DNA of 63,511 nucleotides, counting the filler, from Reticulomyxa filosa (taxonomy: Eukaryota; Protista; Foraminifera): the NCBI GenBank assembly GCA_000512085.1. It is 18 parts of 18 records of this genome, joined end to end, with 100 filler letters (N's around TTAATTAATTAA, not from the genome) between each part and the next. Parts side by side here need not be neighbours in the genome. Positions count along the whole stretch, not along the records: positions 11,268 to 16,501 come from ASPP01011604.1; positions 16,602 to 18,045 come from ASPP01020213.1; positions 18,146 to 19,256 come from ASPP01004620.1; positions 19,357 to 20,485 come from ASPP01009423.1; positions 20,586 to 23,676 come from ASPP01005949.1; positions 23,777 to 30,628 come from ASPP01007624.1; 12 more parts are not named here. One strand, given 5' to 3'. Each line of letters opens with the position of its first letter. Position 1 is the first letter of the stretch. Positions 11,268 to 23,817 of the stretch are shown here, one piece after another. The translations under genes and the position numbers were made by a program. The notes under the pieces were generated by a model, which worked only from the letters and a program-made list of their open reading frames with translations, was not told the origin of the DNA and searched no databases.

Positions 11268-13923
11268 AAAAAAAAAAAAAAAAAAAGTACTTGGAATTAA
11301 AAGATATAATGACTTTACGACAAGACAATAAAACGGACGAAACAGACAGCCGGTTGAACCAAAACAACATGTCAATATCCAATCATTGGTTGAATGAGAA
11401 ACACGTGCAAACACATAGACCAAACAAATCGCCGCTGATGACGAAGCATCGCAAAGACAATGGGAGTGGCGAGATCAAAGAGAAAGACGACGAGAAAAAA
11501 AGGAAGACGCTAACAAAGACAGCAACAACCACGACAACAACAATAGTAACATCGACATCAACATCAACAACAATGACGACGATGACAAAAAAGCGAAAAA
11601 ACGTGGAAAGTCAATCTGTGGAGGATAAGACACTTCACAATGAAAACGTGCTTTTGAAGCATGACTCGCAAATTGATATTGACGACGCGACGAATAATGA
11701 TCGTAGCAACAGTAACCACCATTTGAATGGTGGGAACGACGAAAGCGAAGGAGATCAGCAGAAGACACTCGCATCACCGTTGGCAGGTTTGAAGGAGCAA
11801 GACCACGAGGGAGGAGAAGACGCTGAAGCAGGAGAAGCAGAAAGAGAAGACGAGGAAGAGGGGGAAGAAGAAGAACTCAATGTCGAAAGCTATTTATCCG
11901 TGTTGTTGCAAGACAACACTTGTGCACACCCAATCACCGACCCACCACATTCAATGGACATTAAAACCTGCAAGGCAAAACAATCCACTCATTTGACTGA
12001 ACTTTTCCCTACAATGCTTGTCATTGAAGATAATGTTTGTCGTTTTCGTCATTTATTGGATTGTTTATTTGTTTGTTTGTATTTTCCTTCCCTTTTTTTT
12101 TTTTTTTTTTTTAATTCAAAAAAAAAAAAAAAAAGGAACTTCTCCTTCTCTTAAAGTCCCTAGTCCCAATATCAAGGGTTGTGACATTGTGAACACACAA
12201 ACACAAAGCAGACAGACCAACTCAAAGCCTTGCACACAAACAACAAACAACCGATGGAGTATCTAAAGTCACGAAATGACAAAGCATTTCATTACTTGAT
12301 CGCAATGGAATATAACGCAAAGCAATCCAAGCAGCATCTCAAGTCAGTGGACGCAATCACGGAGATTGAGCACTACATTCGAGCGTTTGAATTATTTAGA
12401 GGAGAAGAAGAAGAAGAAGCCTCTTGTGGAGATTATATTCATTTGTTTTATGCTGCTTTTTTTGTTGGTAACTTTTTTTTATTTTTTTTATTTTTCATTT
12501 TTATTTATTTATTTTTTTTTTTTTTTGATTGGTTGGTTGATTGGTTGGTTGGTTGTGGGTACACACCACACACATGTATGTATATATATGTATATACATA
12601 TGTATATACATATCTATATTATTACATACACACATGTTGGCAGGTATGTATACACAATCTAAAAAGCCCAGAAACACTACCGAACCTCCAATTTGCAAAA
12701 GGCGCACGAATTCTGCTCCATTGCATTGCGTTATTTGCGAACAGTGCATCAAATCGTAGGCATTCACAACAGCTGCGAAATGCAGACATTGGTCAAACAC
12801 AACGAATTGTTGAATCAATATGATGTTGGGATTATGTGGGATAAGTGTGTAGATGCTTTTCTTTTTGCTGGGTGCATCTTTCAAGCCAATCACCAATACA
12901 AACAGGCGCAAGACATGTTCTTATCCGCACTCGCGTTGAGCGAAATTTATGAAAAGAATAATCCTGGTGAAAACATTGCTGGTAGTTTTTTTTTTTCCGT
13001 GTGTATATTGTTTTACGTTGACTTGTATATATTTACTCACTGTTCTTTTGGCTATTTATTTATAGATATACTTTCTGTATGAAACAATCCCAAAACTTGT
13101 TTTTTTTTTTTTTTTTTTTTTTTGTAAACGAACGAGATATACAGCTTGTATCGAACATCTAGCCTACTTGACGTCGAACGACGAGTCGAGTGACTTGACG
13201 GAATGCATCGAGTGGTGTGACCGATTGATCACTGTAATCGAGAAAATGCCTTTAGCAAAGGGAATGACCGAAAAGGACAGGACTACCAAACTGTTGAATA
13301 CAAAGTCCTTTTATGCTTGTGTTTTGTTGCAGTGCAATTCTAATCTACACAAAAACAAAGTTTCGCGCACGCATTAGAAAAAAATTATCCACAAATAATT
13401 CTACAAAGTTTTTTTTTTTTTATGCGTTGAAAAAAAAAAAGGGAAAACGAATTTGCACAGAAGTGTTAAATATGACCGAAAACAAAGACCCTGCCTTAAT
13501 GTGGAGATTTTGTATTTACTTTGGTATTCAATGTGCAAAGCAAAAAAAGTTGTGTGTGTTTTTTTTTTTTGCTCCCCTCCCCTTTTTTTTGATAAGGTTG
13601 GTCTCTCAAAATATTAAAAAAAAAAAGGCCTCGTTTTTATATCTTTGACTGATTGGTTGTTCTACTTTTGCTTTGGTTAAATTAGTTGGGCCATGGCCAA
13701 ACACTATCTGAGCCAAGTGTACACCAAAAAAGACGGTTACCTTGACAGTCAACGCAAGCAATTGCTATTTGATTACTTCGATGCATTTAGCGAGGAACTG
13801 ATGGATTGGATTGATGACCCCGACAACGCCCTTAGCTTGCAACAGAAATGGGATACTGTTCAAGTTGTTTTTTTTTTTTTTCTTTTCCTTTGTGCTTCAT
13901 TGTGATCATTATTATTTTTCTTT

Positions 13924-13957
<34 letters not shown>

Positions 13958-14504
13958 CAAAAAAACATCAAAAACAATGTTGTTTGTTTGTAGCCATTAA
14001 AATTGACGGAATTATATATGGACCACATCAAATTATACAGAGATAAAAAATTAAAGAAGCCATCTTCGATGGCTGTAATGCGCTATCGCTACGCCTTCAT
14101 TTTTTATTGCTGTGGACAATATGCTGAGGTTTTGTTTTATTTGTATTTATGGCTTTTTTTATTTTCTCTCCCTTTTGGTATAAAAATAAAATAAATGATT
14201 GCTGCATTGATCATGACAGGCTGCCAAAATTGGACAAGCATTCATTGATCCGCAAATCCTTTCCTTTGAACATGTTCCCCCTGTTGAATTGTTTCAATAC
14301 ATCCAAGCATTGATCAAATCCATCACTCGCATGTTTGTATCGCAAAATATGCACAAAGAACTGCCCTCTTCCTTCAAGCCTTTCATTGATCAGTGTATCG
14401 CGAATGAACAAGTCTTCAGCACTTTTGTGGCCTCCGCCTTGCCCTCACTTCACAAAAAAAGGAAACCGCACAAGCGTGCTGGTGACGCTTGCAAATCGAT
14501 GTAA
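11268..14504 (+). CDS. Multi-exon hypothetical protein: acidic low-complexity N-terminus followed by a helical-repeat (TPR-like) region
   Basis: Successive open segments are separated by poly-T/poly-A introns with GT..AG ends. Helical text such as YKQAQDMFLSALALSEIYE and RYAFIFYCCGQYAEAAK. Confidence 0.6.
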
Positions 14505-15733
14505 AACGAAATGCACACCCATTTGTTTTATGTTTTGCATCATCCCATTACACATGTATTTGTAATCAAACAGTGAACCCGCTTCACTTCAAATTTAGTT
14601 TGACTCTTACTTTTTTTTTTTTTTGAGGTAACTTTTCTTTTCCTTTGCTTGGCAGCGTAGCCTTGGCAATCTTAAAACAAAGAAAAGGTGAATAACATTG
14701 GTGAAAACAACAAACTTTGTAATTAAGGTGTTGTTTTTTTTTGTTTTGTTTTTTTTTTCTGGAGTATAATGACGAGGAACGGTGTTTTGATTTGTTTTTT
14801 TTTTTCCCCCCCACTTTTTTCCCCACTTTTTTCCTCACTTTTTTCCCCTCCTCCTTTTTTTTAATTATTTTTTCATTAATTTATTTATGGTTAGTTGATT
14901 TGAACTGTGTTAGATAAGCCCCTTTTTTTTTTTACAGCAGGTCAGTAACGACCACTTTGTTCTCTTGTGTATCACCTGAGAAAAGGTTGATGCGATTCCT
15001 TTGAAACTCGCTTTGCTTTTGGAATTGTGCTCTTTTGCACGGTAGCTTTTTTTTTCTTTTGTTGCTGTTGTTGTTAAGGTTTTCTATTTTTTTCTTTTTT
15101 TCCTTCTTTGCCTCAGTTGTGATTTGTAAGATGACTCTTGTTTGCTAAAGGAGTGGTACTGGCAAATTTGTTTTATTTTTGTTAGTGCATTGCCTCTTTT
15201 CTCCTCTACTTTTGCCCAATTTGTATACGTCCTTCAAGTCTCATTTGCAAAATTGATCGCAAAAGGAGTTATTTTGCATTTCAATTGCTGGAAAGTGCAA
15301 CATATGTTATGTTTTTCTTTTAACTTTGTTAGGTTTTGTCTTAACTAGTTAGTCGTTTGCTTGTACATTTAGAACTTGCCGAACTTGTTGTTTTAAATAA
15401 ATAAATAAAAATCAAAAACTTTTTTTTTTTTGTAGCGACGTAAAAAAATAATTGGAATAAAAATGAACACATTACATGATTTGTTCATTTCTTCACTTTT
15501 GCATTTTTGTTTCGTTTATTTCTATCATTAAACATCAAGAATATTAAAACTAAAGTATCAAAACATGTTTTGAGATAGCTTAAAAATAAAGTGTATAATC
15601 AAAACAATTATGGGCTTGAGTAACAAAAGGAAAAGATTTTGGGCTGACAAAAAACGTTGAAAATGGAAAAACTCACAAGGTCGCTTAGATGATGACCTTG
15701 TTGTAAAACTGCTGTCCGTGATTGATATTGGAA

Positions 15734-16501
15734 ATGGAAGTGGCAGCTGCAGGACTTTTGATGCACACTCCCCTTGTGGACGAGCCAAGCTCTTCCTTCA
15801 CAGGGGATTCAACGTCCCGTTCCAGAAGCAACAGCACACACGCTACATCACCGCGCATAAACAGTGCACCACATTTTCACATTAACCTTCCAGAGCTGAG
15901 GAAAGAAAACAAGCAGCCAGAAAACGAGCCAATGGTGATTGAGTTAAATGCATCGTCGCATTCGAACCGGAATTGCACTCCTTACTATTGTGGTTCCTTT
16001 ACAGTCCACCAGCACAGCAGCAGCAGTAGTCCGACCTCTAAAAAAGCGAGCATGGAAAAGCACCACCATTTCGACATGACGATGGTGAGCAGACACCAAG
16101 TCGAGATAAGTAAGACACATCGTTTTTTCGTACACGTGGAATGTTGCGAAATGGACCAGAAATGCAAAGATCAGAGCAAGAGTAACATGAACGTGTGTGT
16201 GTTGATGAATACGTCGATGAACACGGTACAACAATTGATCGACCGTGTGAAGGCCATCAAGCAATTGGCAAATTGTCAGCATTTGAGCCAATTGTATCTC
16301 GTTGAGACAATCAAAAGTTCATTACAATCTGTTTACATTCCGTTGTCCAATGACCTCCCTTTACACACCGTGCTAACCCACTATTTATGGAATGGCCCAA
16401 ATTATGTCGATGTTGTCACCAAACAGGATCGGTGGATATTAAGCAAAGCACCACATCGTTTTGGTTTATTTTTTTTTTTTTTTTCCTTTATGTATAGGAG
16501 G
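15734..16501 (+). CDS. Hypothetical protein, Ser-rich N-terminus and possible Ras-association/ubiquitin-like domain (3' partial)
   Basis: Long ORF. FFVHVECC...VCVLMNTSMNTVQQLIDRV...LYLVETI...PLSND resembles an RA-domain pattern; the domain call is tentative. Confidence 0.5.
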
Positions 16502-16601
16502 NNNNNNNNNNNNNNNNNNNNNNNNNNNNNNNNNNNNNNNNNNNNTTAATTAATTAANNNNNNNNNNNNNNNNNNNNNNNNNNNNNNNNNNNNNNNNNNN
16601 N

Positions 16602-17637
16602 TTATTATTATTATTATTATTATTGTTATTATTATTTTGTTTGTCAACAAGGTGCTCTCGAATTAAAGTCCGAGCAGATACATATTTCACATCGCCGATC
16701 ATGATCGGTTGGAACGTTTGCCTGGGGGCTTTTTTGAGAGTAGCATTCCCTTTTCCATTAGCACGCAGCAATGCAGTAGAAGCAGATCGCATGTTGGCAT
16801 GATTGGTGCGGAATGGCTCCTGAGTATCCTCCGAGTCATGCGTGTCGTCGTTGTCGGTGTCGTGGTCACAGACAGGCGAGGAAGCGGCCGTGGTTGTGGT
16901 CGTAGCGATAATGCCACTGTCGCTATTGATCTGTTTATGTGCACGTGCGTCGTCCAATGTAAATGGCTCCATTTCTTCGTCAGAGCTAGAGGACAGCACG
17001 TCACTCTTCTCGTCGTTGTCATTGTGATTGTGATTGTGATTGTGATTGCGATTGCGATTGCGATTGTGATTGTCGTCTTCGTCATCACCAATGTGCGTAC
17101 GACCGGTCGCATTGTTGACGTTATCGTGCTTACTTGTATGACTCGTCTCAGATCGCACACGAGTGAGTTTAATTGGAGAGTGCTTCTGACGACGTCGATG
17201 TCGATGTCGATGTCGATCTTGTAAAGAATATCTATAATCATTATCATCATCATTATCATCATCATCGTTATCATCATCTTCGTAGTCATTCCCATTCGAA
17301 TTGATACCCTTGCCATAGTCGTCTTTGTCATCTTGGTCGTCTTTCAACAGCGAAAGCACAGTGTCGTGGTCGTCATCAAGGCCGTCGCTTTGATGGCGCT
17401 TGGGCACGGGGCAGACTTGGGCTCAGTGGTTTCGATCGCTGCGAAGAAAGAGGGGCATTGCTGTTGCTTCGTTCCATCGTCAAGTTCAAGTGAGACTTGT
17501 ACTGCGGCTTCTTCTTGCTATCCTTCCCATCTTCCTCGCTTTCTTTTCTATTCTTATTTCGAGTCTCATTTCTTTTATCTTGATTTTTATTCTTTTCTTT
17601 TTTGTTTTCTTTGAGCGTTGTCTTTAGGCTCTGTTTA

Positions 17638-17680
<43 letters not shown>

Positions 17681-18017
17681 CATTGTTATTATCATTGTTA
17701 TTATCATTATCATTGTCACTGTCGTTATGTCTTTGCTCGCTTCTTTTCTTATCTTTGTCACGTTGTTCTGGTCGTCCTAATGCAGCGACAGAAGGCGATG
17801 TCGGAGTGCTGTGTCGTTTGAGTGTCGAATGATCCTTTGCGATCAGACTTGGCTTGCCGAGACCATTGCTTCCGTCCGACAACTCCACTTTATGTCGATT
17901 CGAAAGGTTCTTCATCCCTTCCTCGCCCACCTTGTTACGAATTTTCAACGATGGCAATTTGTTTTTTTTTTTCATCAAATTCGTGCTTGAAAATGTCCGA
18001 ATCAATGTTTCACTCAA
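16602..18017 (-). CDS. Low-complexity Asn/Asp/His-rich protein fragment with one frameshift near 17400
   Basis: Two long overlapping ORFs (17376-18017 and 16550-17407) carry poly-N, DND and HNH runs encoded by trinucleotide and hexanucleotide repeats. Confidence 0.6.
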
Positions 18018-18234
18018 ACTTTCGGCTTCTTTTTTTTTTTTTTTTNNNNNNNNNNNNNNNNNNNNNNNNNNNNNNNNNNNNNNNNNNNNTTAATTAATTA
18101 ANNNNNNNNNNNNNNNNNNNNNNNNNNNNNNNNNNNNNNNNNNNNCTAACACTTGTTCCTGACGCAACACTTACACGATAAAAACAGGAGAAACTCCTCC
18201 AGCCTCCTGGAACAAAGAAAAAAAGGATCAAATC

Positions 18235-19256
18235 ATGTCCAGAATTGATCTGACTGCTTCCAGTTCATCCGCAGATGTGGCATCTTTTTTATCAACTCAT
18301 GGTTTTTCTGAATTTGCAGAGAAGTTTCGCATGTTCGGGATAAGTGGCGGGGCACTGCCAGAACTTGATTCGTTCGATCGCATCTTAATGTTGGATATTC
18401 CATTTTCGAAGCAGTCGTTGGCATTGTTTCGCTTTTTAGAACCGGTCCGAAAAAAGATATCTGAGGAGTCGCACCAAAAGCCAGATTCGAGCAAATCCCC
18501 AGAGACGAGCGGAAAAGGCAGTGCAAGCGAGCCAAGCGTTGGCTCATTGGCGACTACATCCGCACCTATTTCAGCGCCGCATGTTGAGGAAAGACACGCT
18601 AAGAATCAAATAACATCCACATCTTCCTTGGCAGTCGAAGAAAGACAGACCATCACAAGTATTTCCACTAATATTCCAATTGTCGTGTCTCCAGTTGTAG
18701 GTAGCAACACTAACACTAGCACTAATAATAATAATGATAATAATAATAATGATAATAATAATAATAATAAAAATAACAACAATAACATAAGCAACCTCCT
18801 TGCCAACGACAACAACAACAATAACAACAATAATAACAATAACAATAAGAATATCAATCGTGAAACCCACAACGATAATCAAAATTTTGGTCAGCAGCAT
18901 GATCACAACCATGGCAATAGAACAGTTGGTGCTGTCAGTGCTGTTGACAGCAATATGAATAGTGCCAAAGGTAAAGGCAAAGGCAAAGGCAAAGGCAGTA
19001 ACAACAATAACACGAGTGCCAGTAAAGGGAAGAAGAGAAGTACTGGCAATGACAATACGAATGTAATAATGAGCGAGGCTAATCATGGCAATACTCCTTT
19101 CAACAAAAGTAGCGATCATGTGAACAAGGGCGGCTACAACAACGATGACAAGTGCAACGACGACATGAACATCGCGAGTAGTATTGAGAATGCGTATTTC
19201 AACACTAATAACAATCAAAGCAATAGCGACAGTCGCGACAACAGCAGCAGCAGCAG
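18235..19256 (+). CDS. SAM-domain protein with an Asn-rich disordered tail (3' partial)
   Basis: DVASFLSTHGFSEFAEKFRMFGISGGALPELD fits the SAM pattern (V..FL...G...Y...F....I.G..L..L). Poly-Asn and GKGKGKGKG follow. Confidence 0.7.
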
Positions 19257-19356
19257 NNNNNNNNNNNNNNNNNNNNNNNNNNNNNNNNNNNNNNNNNNNN
19301 TTAATTAATTAANNNNNNNNNNNNNNNNNNNNNNNNNNNNNNNNNNNNNNNNNNNN

Positions 19357-19634
19357 TCAGCGAAAGCGCTGGCCGTGCCGCTCAAGCCATGCGGCAAGCC
19401 AATGGCCCCGCTGACGCAATCGTGAGCGGTGGTGTTGCCGCCGTCACTGGTGCAGCAGCAGCCCTCAAGCGCACGGCACCGACCATCGGCAAGGAAGCTG
19501 TCGCCGCGTTCAACGAGGGAGCTGATTCGCGCGTTGCCGCAGCGATTGAGGCGAAGCGCGCTCCCGGCGATGCGGCCGAGCCCGATGGCCCGATCAACAC
19601 AGGCGACGCCACCACATCGAAGGAGGAAGCATGA
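19357..19634 (+). CDS. Bacterial Ala/Gly-rich C-terminal fragment (possibly a TrbL/VirB6-like tail)
   Basis: Open from the contig start. The stop overlaps the next ATG (ATGA), and an AGGAGG RBS lies inside its 3' end. The family guess rests only on composition. Confidence 0.5.
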
Positions 19635-20068
19635 GCCACGACTATTGGAGCACCCCTGCCGCTGCTCGCGAGATGGAAAGCATCGGCTATCAGGATGGCC
19701 AGCGAGCCGGCCATCAACGTGGCCTCAATGAAGGCTTCCGCAAGGGTATGAATCAGGGCATCCAGCAGGGCCGTCAGGAAGCATGGGCCGAAGTTCAGCC
19801 ACAACTGACCGCTGCCAATGAAATGGTGCAGGGCATGGCCCAGATTCTGGCCGCCGCTGCGGACGCCCTCCTGCAAGCCGACGACGCGGCCAAGGTTGCC
19901 TTCGCGGTGAAGTACGCCGACCGGCTCGACAAGGCGATGGCCAAAGGCCTGATCCGCACTGCTCCCCACAACAACCCCCAGCTCGCCGGTCTGTCCGTGG
20001 TCATGCGTCTCGTCGATGAGTCGCGCCGGGCGTGCCTGCAAGCCACCGAGTCCACCCCTACCCCGTAA
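19631..20068 (+). CDS. Bacterial hypothetical protein with GxxxG repeats (FliH/Yae1-like motif)
   Basis: AGGAGG RBS, 145-aa ORF, GYQDGQRAGHQRGLNEGFRKGMNQGIQQGRQEA, GC-rich third codon positions. Confidence 0.8.
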   Translation: MSHDYWSTPAAAREMESIGYQDGQRAGHQRGLNEGFRKGMNQGIQQGRQEAWAEVQPQLTAANEMVQGMAQILAAAADALLQADDAAKVAFAVKYADRLDKAMAKGLIRTAPHNNPQLAGLSVVMRLVDESRRACLQATESTPTP

Positions 20069-20078
20069 GGAGTCACCC

Positions 20079-20348
20079 ATGCGCCGCCCCTCGATCCCCT
20101 TCCTGCCAGCGACCAAGCCCAACCGCCGCGTGCGCTGCGTCACTCCATCCGCCGTTCGCACTGCTCGCATCGTGGTCACCGGCGACGGCTTCGAGCTGCA
20201 CGCGACGCTGCAAGGCAGCACTGACCGCTGGGTGCTGACCTCGCCGGGCGGCATCGCCAGCACCTTCGGCAACCTGCCGGACTTGCGCGAGTTCGCCTCT
20301 GTCGTTCTGGGCCGCGACCGTGTGCCTGTCTCATACCAAGCTGCTTGA
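20079..20348 (+). CDS. Bacterial hypothetical protein (89 aa)
   Basis: AAGGAG RBS at 20067-20072 before ATG 20079; co-directional with its neighbours. Confidence 0.7.
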   Translation: MRRPSIPFLPATKPNRRVRCVTPSAVRTARIVVTGDGFELHATLQGSTDRWVLTSPGGIASTFGNLPDLREFASVVLGRDRVPVSYQAA

Positions 20349-20363
20349 AAGGCCCCGCTCACC

Positions 20364-20485
20364 ATGAAAGCCACCCGCACCCTGATAGCTTCCGCCCTGC
20401 TGCTGGCCACCTCGCTGGCCAGCGCGCAAATGCCCGCCGCCCTGCGCGATGCAAACGCCCCCGCAGCGGGTGACTGGGCCAAGGC
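20364..20485 (+). CDS. Bacterial secreted protein, N-terminus only
   Basis: MKATRTLIASALLLATSLASA|QMP is a Sec-type signal peptide with an A-x-A cleavage site. Confidence 0.7.
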
Positions 20486-20585
20486 NNNNNNNNNNNNNNN
20501 NNNNNNNNNNNNNNNNNNNNNNNNNNNNNTTAATTAATTAANNNNNNNNNNNNNNNNNNNNNNNNNNNNNNNNNNNNNNNNNNNN

Positions 20586-22235
20586 TAGAGATGAAGAATA
20601 CGTCGATGACAAAATTGCCATCGCAGTTCCAAAAGTTGAGACTATTACCAAAAATCGTACATGAGTATATGCAAACATACATACATATATATGTATGTAT
20701 ATGCATATATAATATTATATATGTATATTGATGGAAACAGCCTTTTTTGAAAACAAATCAATTTTTTAAAAAAAAAGCCTGCGAACAAAAAAGGCGGAGC
20801 AATAGCAAAACAAGTGACAACGAGTGACAATGACAAGACGAAGAAAGTGCAAAAAAAAAGTACGAACAAAGTGGAGGAGGTGGTTACTCCACCGTCGTTT
20901 GTTTCGCACGGGGACTCGACGGATCGCTCTATTGTCTCTCCGGAGGCCAAACGGCAGCAGTCCTCGCGTGAGCCAGTGCTCAGCGATTCTCCAAACGTTG
21001 ATCTGTCGTCACCTATTACTACGACAAGCAATGAAAACAAGGAAGATATCAATACTAGTTCTAATGCAAATGCAAATGTGAATGTCGATGCGATAAAGAT
21101 CAATCAACCTCGATCTAGTGTGACTAATCGAGTGCAACACTACCGACTGGGTGTGCAAGAGACGGAGCAAAAGGCACGAGCACGAGCGTCCTCGCATGCA
21201 TATGAGCGTCGAAAGGATGATGTGGATATTGACGATGAGACGAAGCAAAAGGCATCGTACTTGCTCAGCGAGTACGCAAAGAGACAGTCCTCGGTCGCTC
21301 GGGAAAAACGAACTTTGGACGTTTCATTTCATGTTGACAACTTTGGCAAGGAAAATGCTTTGGACATTTTGAAAACGATCAATGTTTTGCACTTTGTCAA
21401 AGTCCACAAAGTCGCCTCCGAGAGGTGGAGGCTGCGACATACCTATGCCAATGAGTCACTTACTAGTAATACCAGTCCGAAGCAAGGTGATGAAGAGGAT
21501 GCTGTTAGTGGTAGTGGTAGTAGTCCACACGACTCAAGTTTTGATTATTTGTTTATTTGAATCAATGCATTTGTTTGCAACTGGTTTGAAGTTATACTCA
21601 AGCCAATGTTTTTCATTGCATTGATCAGAAAATAACACCGAGGATACGGTTGAAATGGGCGTACTAGTTTTGCAAGGCAATGCAATCATCCGCAATTTAA
21701 CGGAAGAACAAAGACAACAGTTTAAACAACTGATCTTATGGGGTATTGAACTGATTCCTTATTTGTATCGATTGGACTTTAGCCAATCTGAAATTACCAA
21801 CTCGTTCTTTGGTGATATTAGCGACGCGTTGGCTCAACGATTCAAAAAAATTGTGGAAAAACCCGTCATTTATGACGCGCAAATGCATCAATTCGACAAA
21901 AAGTTAACCCTTCTGGGGAAGTAATTGCTGGCATTTATGGGCCAGAAGAAATACACATGGAATCAAATCCAATATCTGATCGAGGAGTGGAACAAATTTT
22001 GCAAATCATCACTTTAAATTGCTACCATCTCAAATGCTTACGAATGGGCAACTCGTTTGGGACAATCTCGTCAGCTATTTGCAATAAGATGTGTGAGACG
22101 TTAGAAAAAAATACGTGCTTGTTGAAAGTTACTGTAGATATGAGATGGACACAGCATAGATCAACATTGGACAAATTCTTAAAAAGAAACACCGATTTGT
22201 ATCGACAAACACAAAAAGCGAAAAACAATCCATAA
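20586..22235 (+). CDS. Protein with a C-terminal tropomodulin-like/RNI-type leucine-rich repeat domain (intron 21538-21628; single-base frameshift near 21900)
   Basis: IHMESNPISDRGVEQILQII...LKCLRMGN...LEKNTCLLKV...FLKRNTDLYRQ parallels the tropomodulin C-terminus (ESNFI.G.G...LEKNTTLLK...N.D..R). Confidence 0.65.
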
Positions 22236-22522
22236 ACGTGGCCTTTGATTTCTCTTTTTTATTTTGCGATGTTTTCAAAAAACGATTTTTTTTGAATCTC
22301 GTTTTTTTTTTCCTTTGTGCCTTTTTCGTGTTATTTTGTAAAAAATGTTCACAAATAATGTGAAACCCACATTATTATTTTCTTTCATGAATTGAAATCT
22401 AAAAACTCAAGTTACGAAAAAAGATTGATTAAAAATTTTTATTTTCTTAATAAGTCGAAATAACAAGGAAAATATTTTGCACAACAAAAAAAAAAGAAAA
22501 AGTTTATTTTGGCAATTGATCA

Positions 22523-23573
22523 TTACTCATCTTCAGAATCCGAGTAACCCACAACAATCACCAAGTCCGGATCATCGAGGACAGTGGAACTGTTGTTGGT
22601 AGAAGGGGCTCTAGTGCTGAATTTGCGTTTCATTAAGCGATATATTTCTATACTCTCTTGCGTGGTTGCATGGGCAACAACAGGTGAGTCTGAATTTTCA
22701 TCCTTTTCTTCGTCTGAAATATCGTCAGCTTCCTCGCTGCTGTCAGTGACATCACTTGGTCTGAAATCATCGTCTTTGTGCTCTGACTTTACAAGAGATA
22801 GTCTGACTTTGCCTGCGGCATTGCCAGCGCCCATATCTTCAGAGTCGAATTCGTCGGTGGGAATATGGCCATCCCCCTGCAAAGGTTTTGTGCCAAGAGG
22901 AACTTTATCTTCATCATTTTTGATCTCCGTGCTTTCAGCTCTCCACTGTTTTCATTGCTTTGTTTCAAAGCAAGCCCTGCATTTATATTGTCCATACATT
23001 ACGTATGCATTAGATGCATACCTATAAGATCAAAAAAAACGTAATGTACTCAATCCTTTTTTTTTTTGAGGTTGAACCTGGAAGTGGACGAATATCTTGT
23101 TTTGGATGTGTTTTTTTTTGGCGTTAAGATTGAGTCCACCATTTTTGTTCCCCTTTTGCTCCTGCTTTTTTTTGTGAACTTTGGAAGTCGTCTCGACTTT
23201 GTGTTGACGTTTGGACGCACTTTGTTTGGCCTTTTGGGGACTGAGAACTTGATGTTGGTCTTTGGAATTTCCGACGGAGGAGGCCATAGCTCCTGGCGTT
23301 GCCCCAAACTCGATGTAAAACTGTTTGGTTTCGAAAGAATACGTATTTTGGGGACCAGGCGGTTTGCCACGGCAGTGAACACGTAAGCGTAGTCTTTTGT
23401 TGGACAGTCGCATTTTCGCATCCACCACAAGTTTGAAATTGCCGCGCAAGATGTTGTTCACCTCAATGTTCGATTGAATATTCTGTTCCGCTTCGCAGTC
23501 GAGCATGTCGATTTGTGCGACCTTGTCTACTCTGTCCATGTTTGTCAATTGGAATCGAAATCTTATTTCGCCT
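22523..23573 (-). CDS. Hypothetical multi-exon protein (beta-rich, possibly C2-like region, acidic tail), 5' partial
   Basis: ORFs 23030-23548 and 22523-22882 are separated by intron-like sequence. Confidence 0.5.
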
Positions 23574-23776
23574 CGAGTCCCTACATCACACGCAACGATA
23601 ACACTGATGATGATAAAACTTTACCTTTTTTTTTTAAAAAAAAGGGGGAGTGAAATTTTAAATTATTTTTTTTTTTNNNNNNNNNNNNNNNNNNNNNNNN
23701 NNNNNNNNNNNNNNNNNNNNTTAATTAATTAANNNNNNNNNNNNNNNNNNNNNNNNNNNNNNNNNNNNNNNNNNNN

Positions 23777-23815
<39 letters not shown>

Positions 23816-23817
<2 letters not shown>

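Noticed and set aside
17600-17830. Poly-Leu/poly-Tyr/poly-Ile ORFs (also 18571-19218 and 63156-63378)
   Set aside because: These are alternative readings of (AAT)n microsatellites that encode poly-Asn on the true strand.
19382-20482. 366-aa minus-strand ORF and other overlapping ORFs in the GC-rich contigs
   Set aside because: These are shadow ORFs of high-GC DNA. RBSs, gene overlaps and the signal peptide all support the + strand.
21890-21930. Programmed ribosomal frameshift in the LRR gene (similarly UROS near 62110)
   Set aside because: One extra base in the A or T run restores the frame. Homopolymer length error is more likely; raw reads would settle it.
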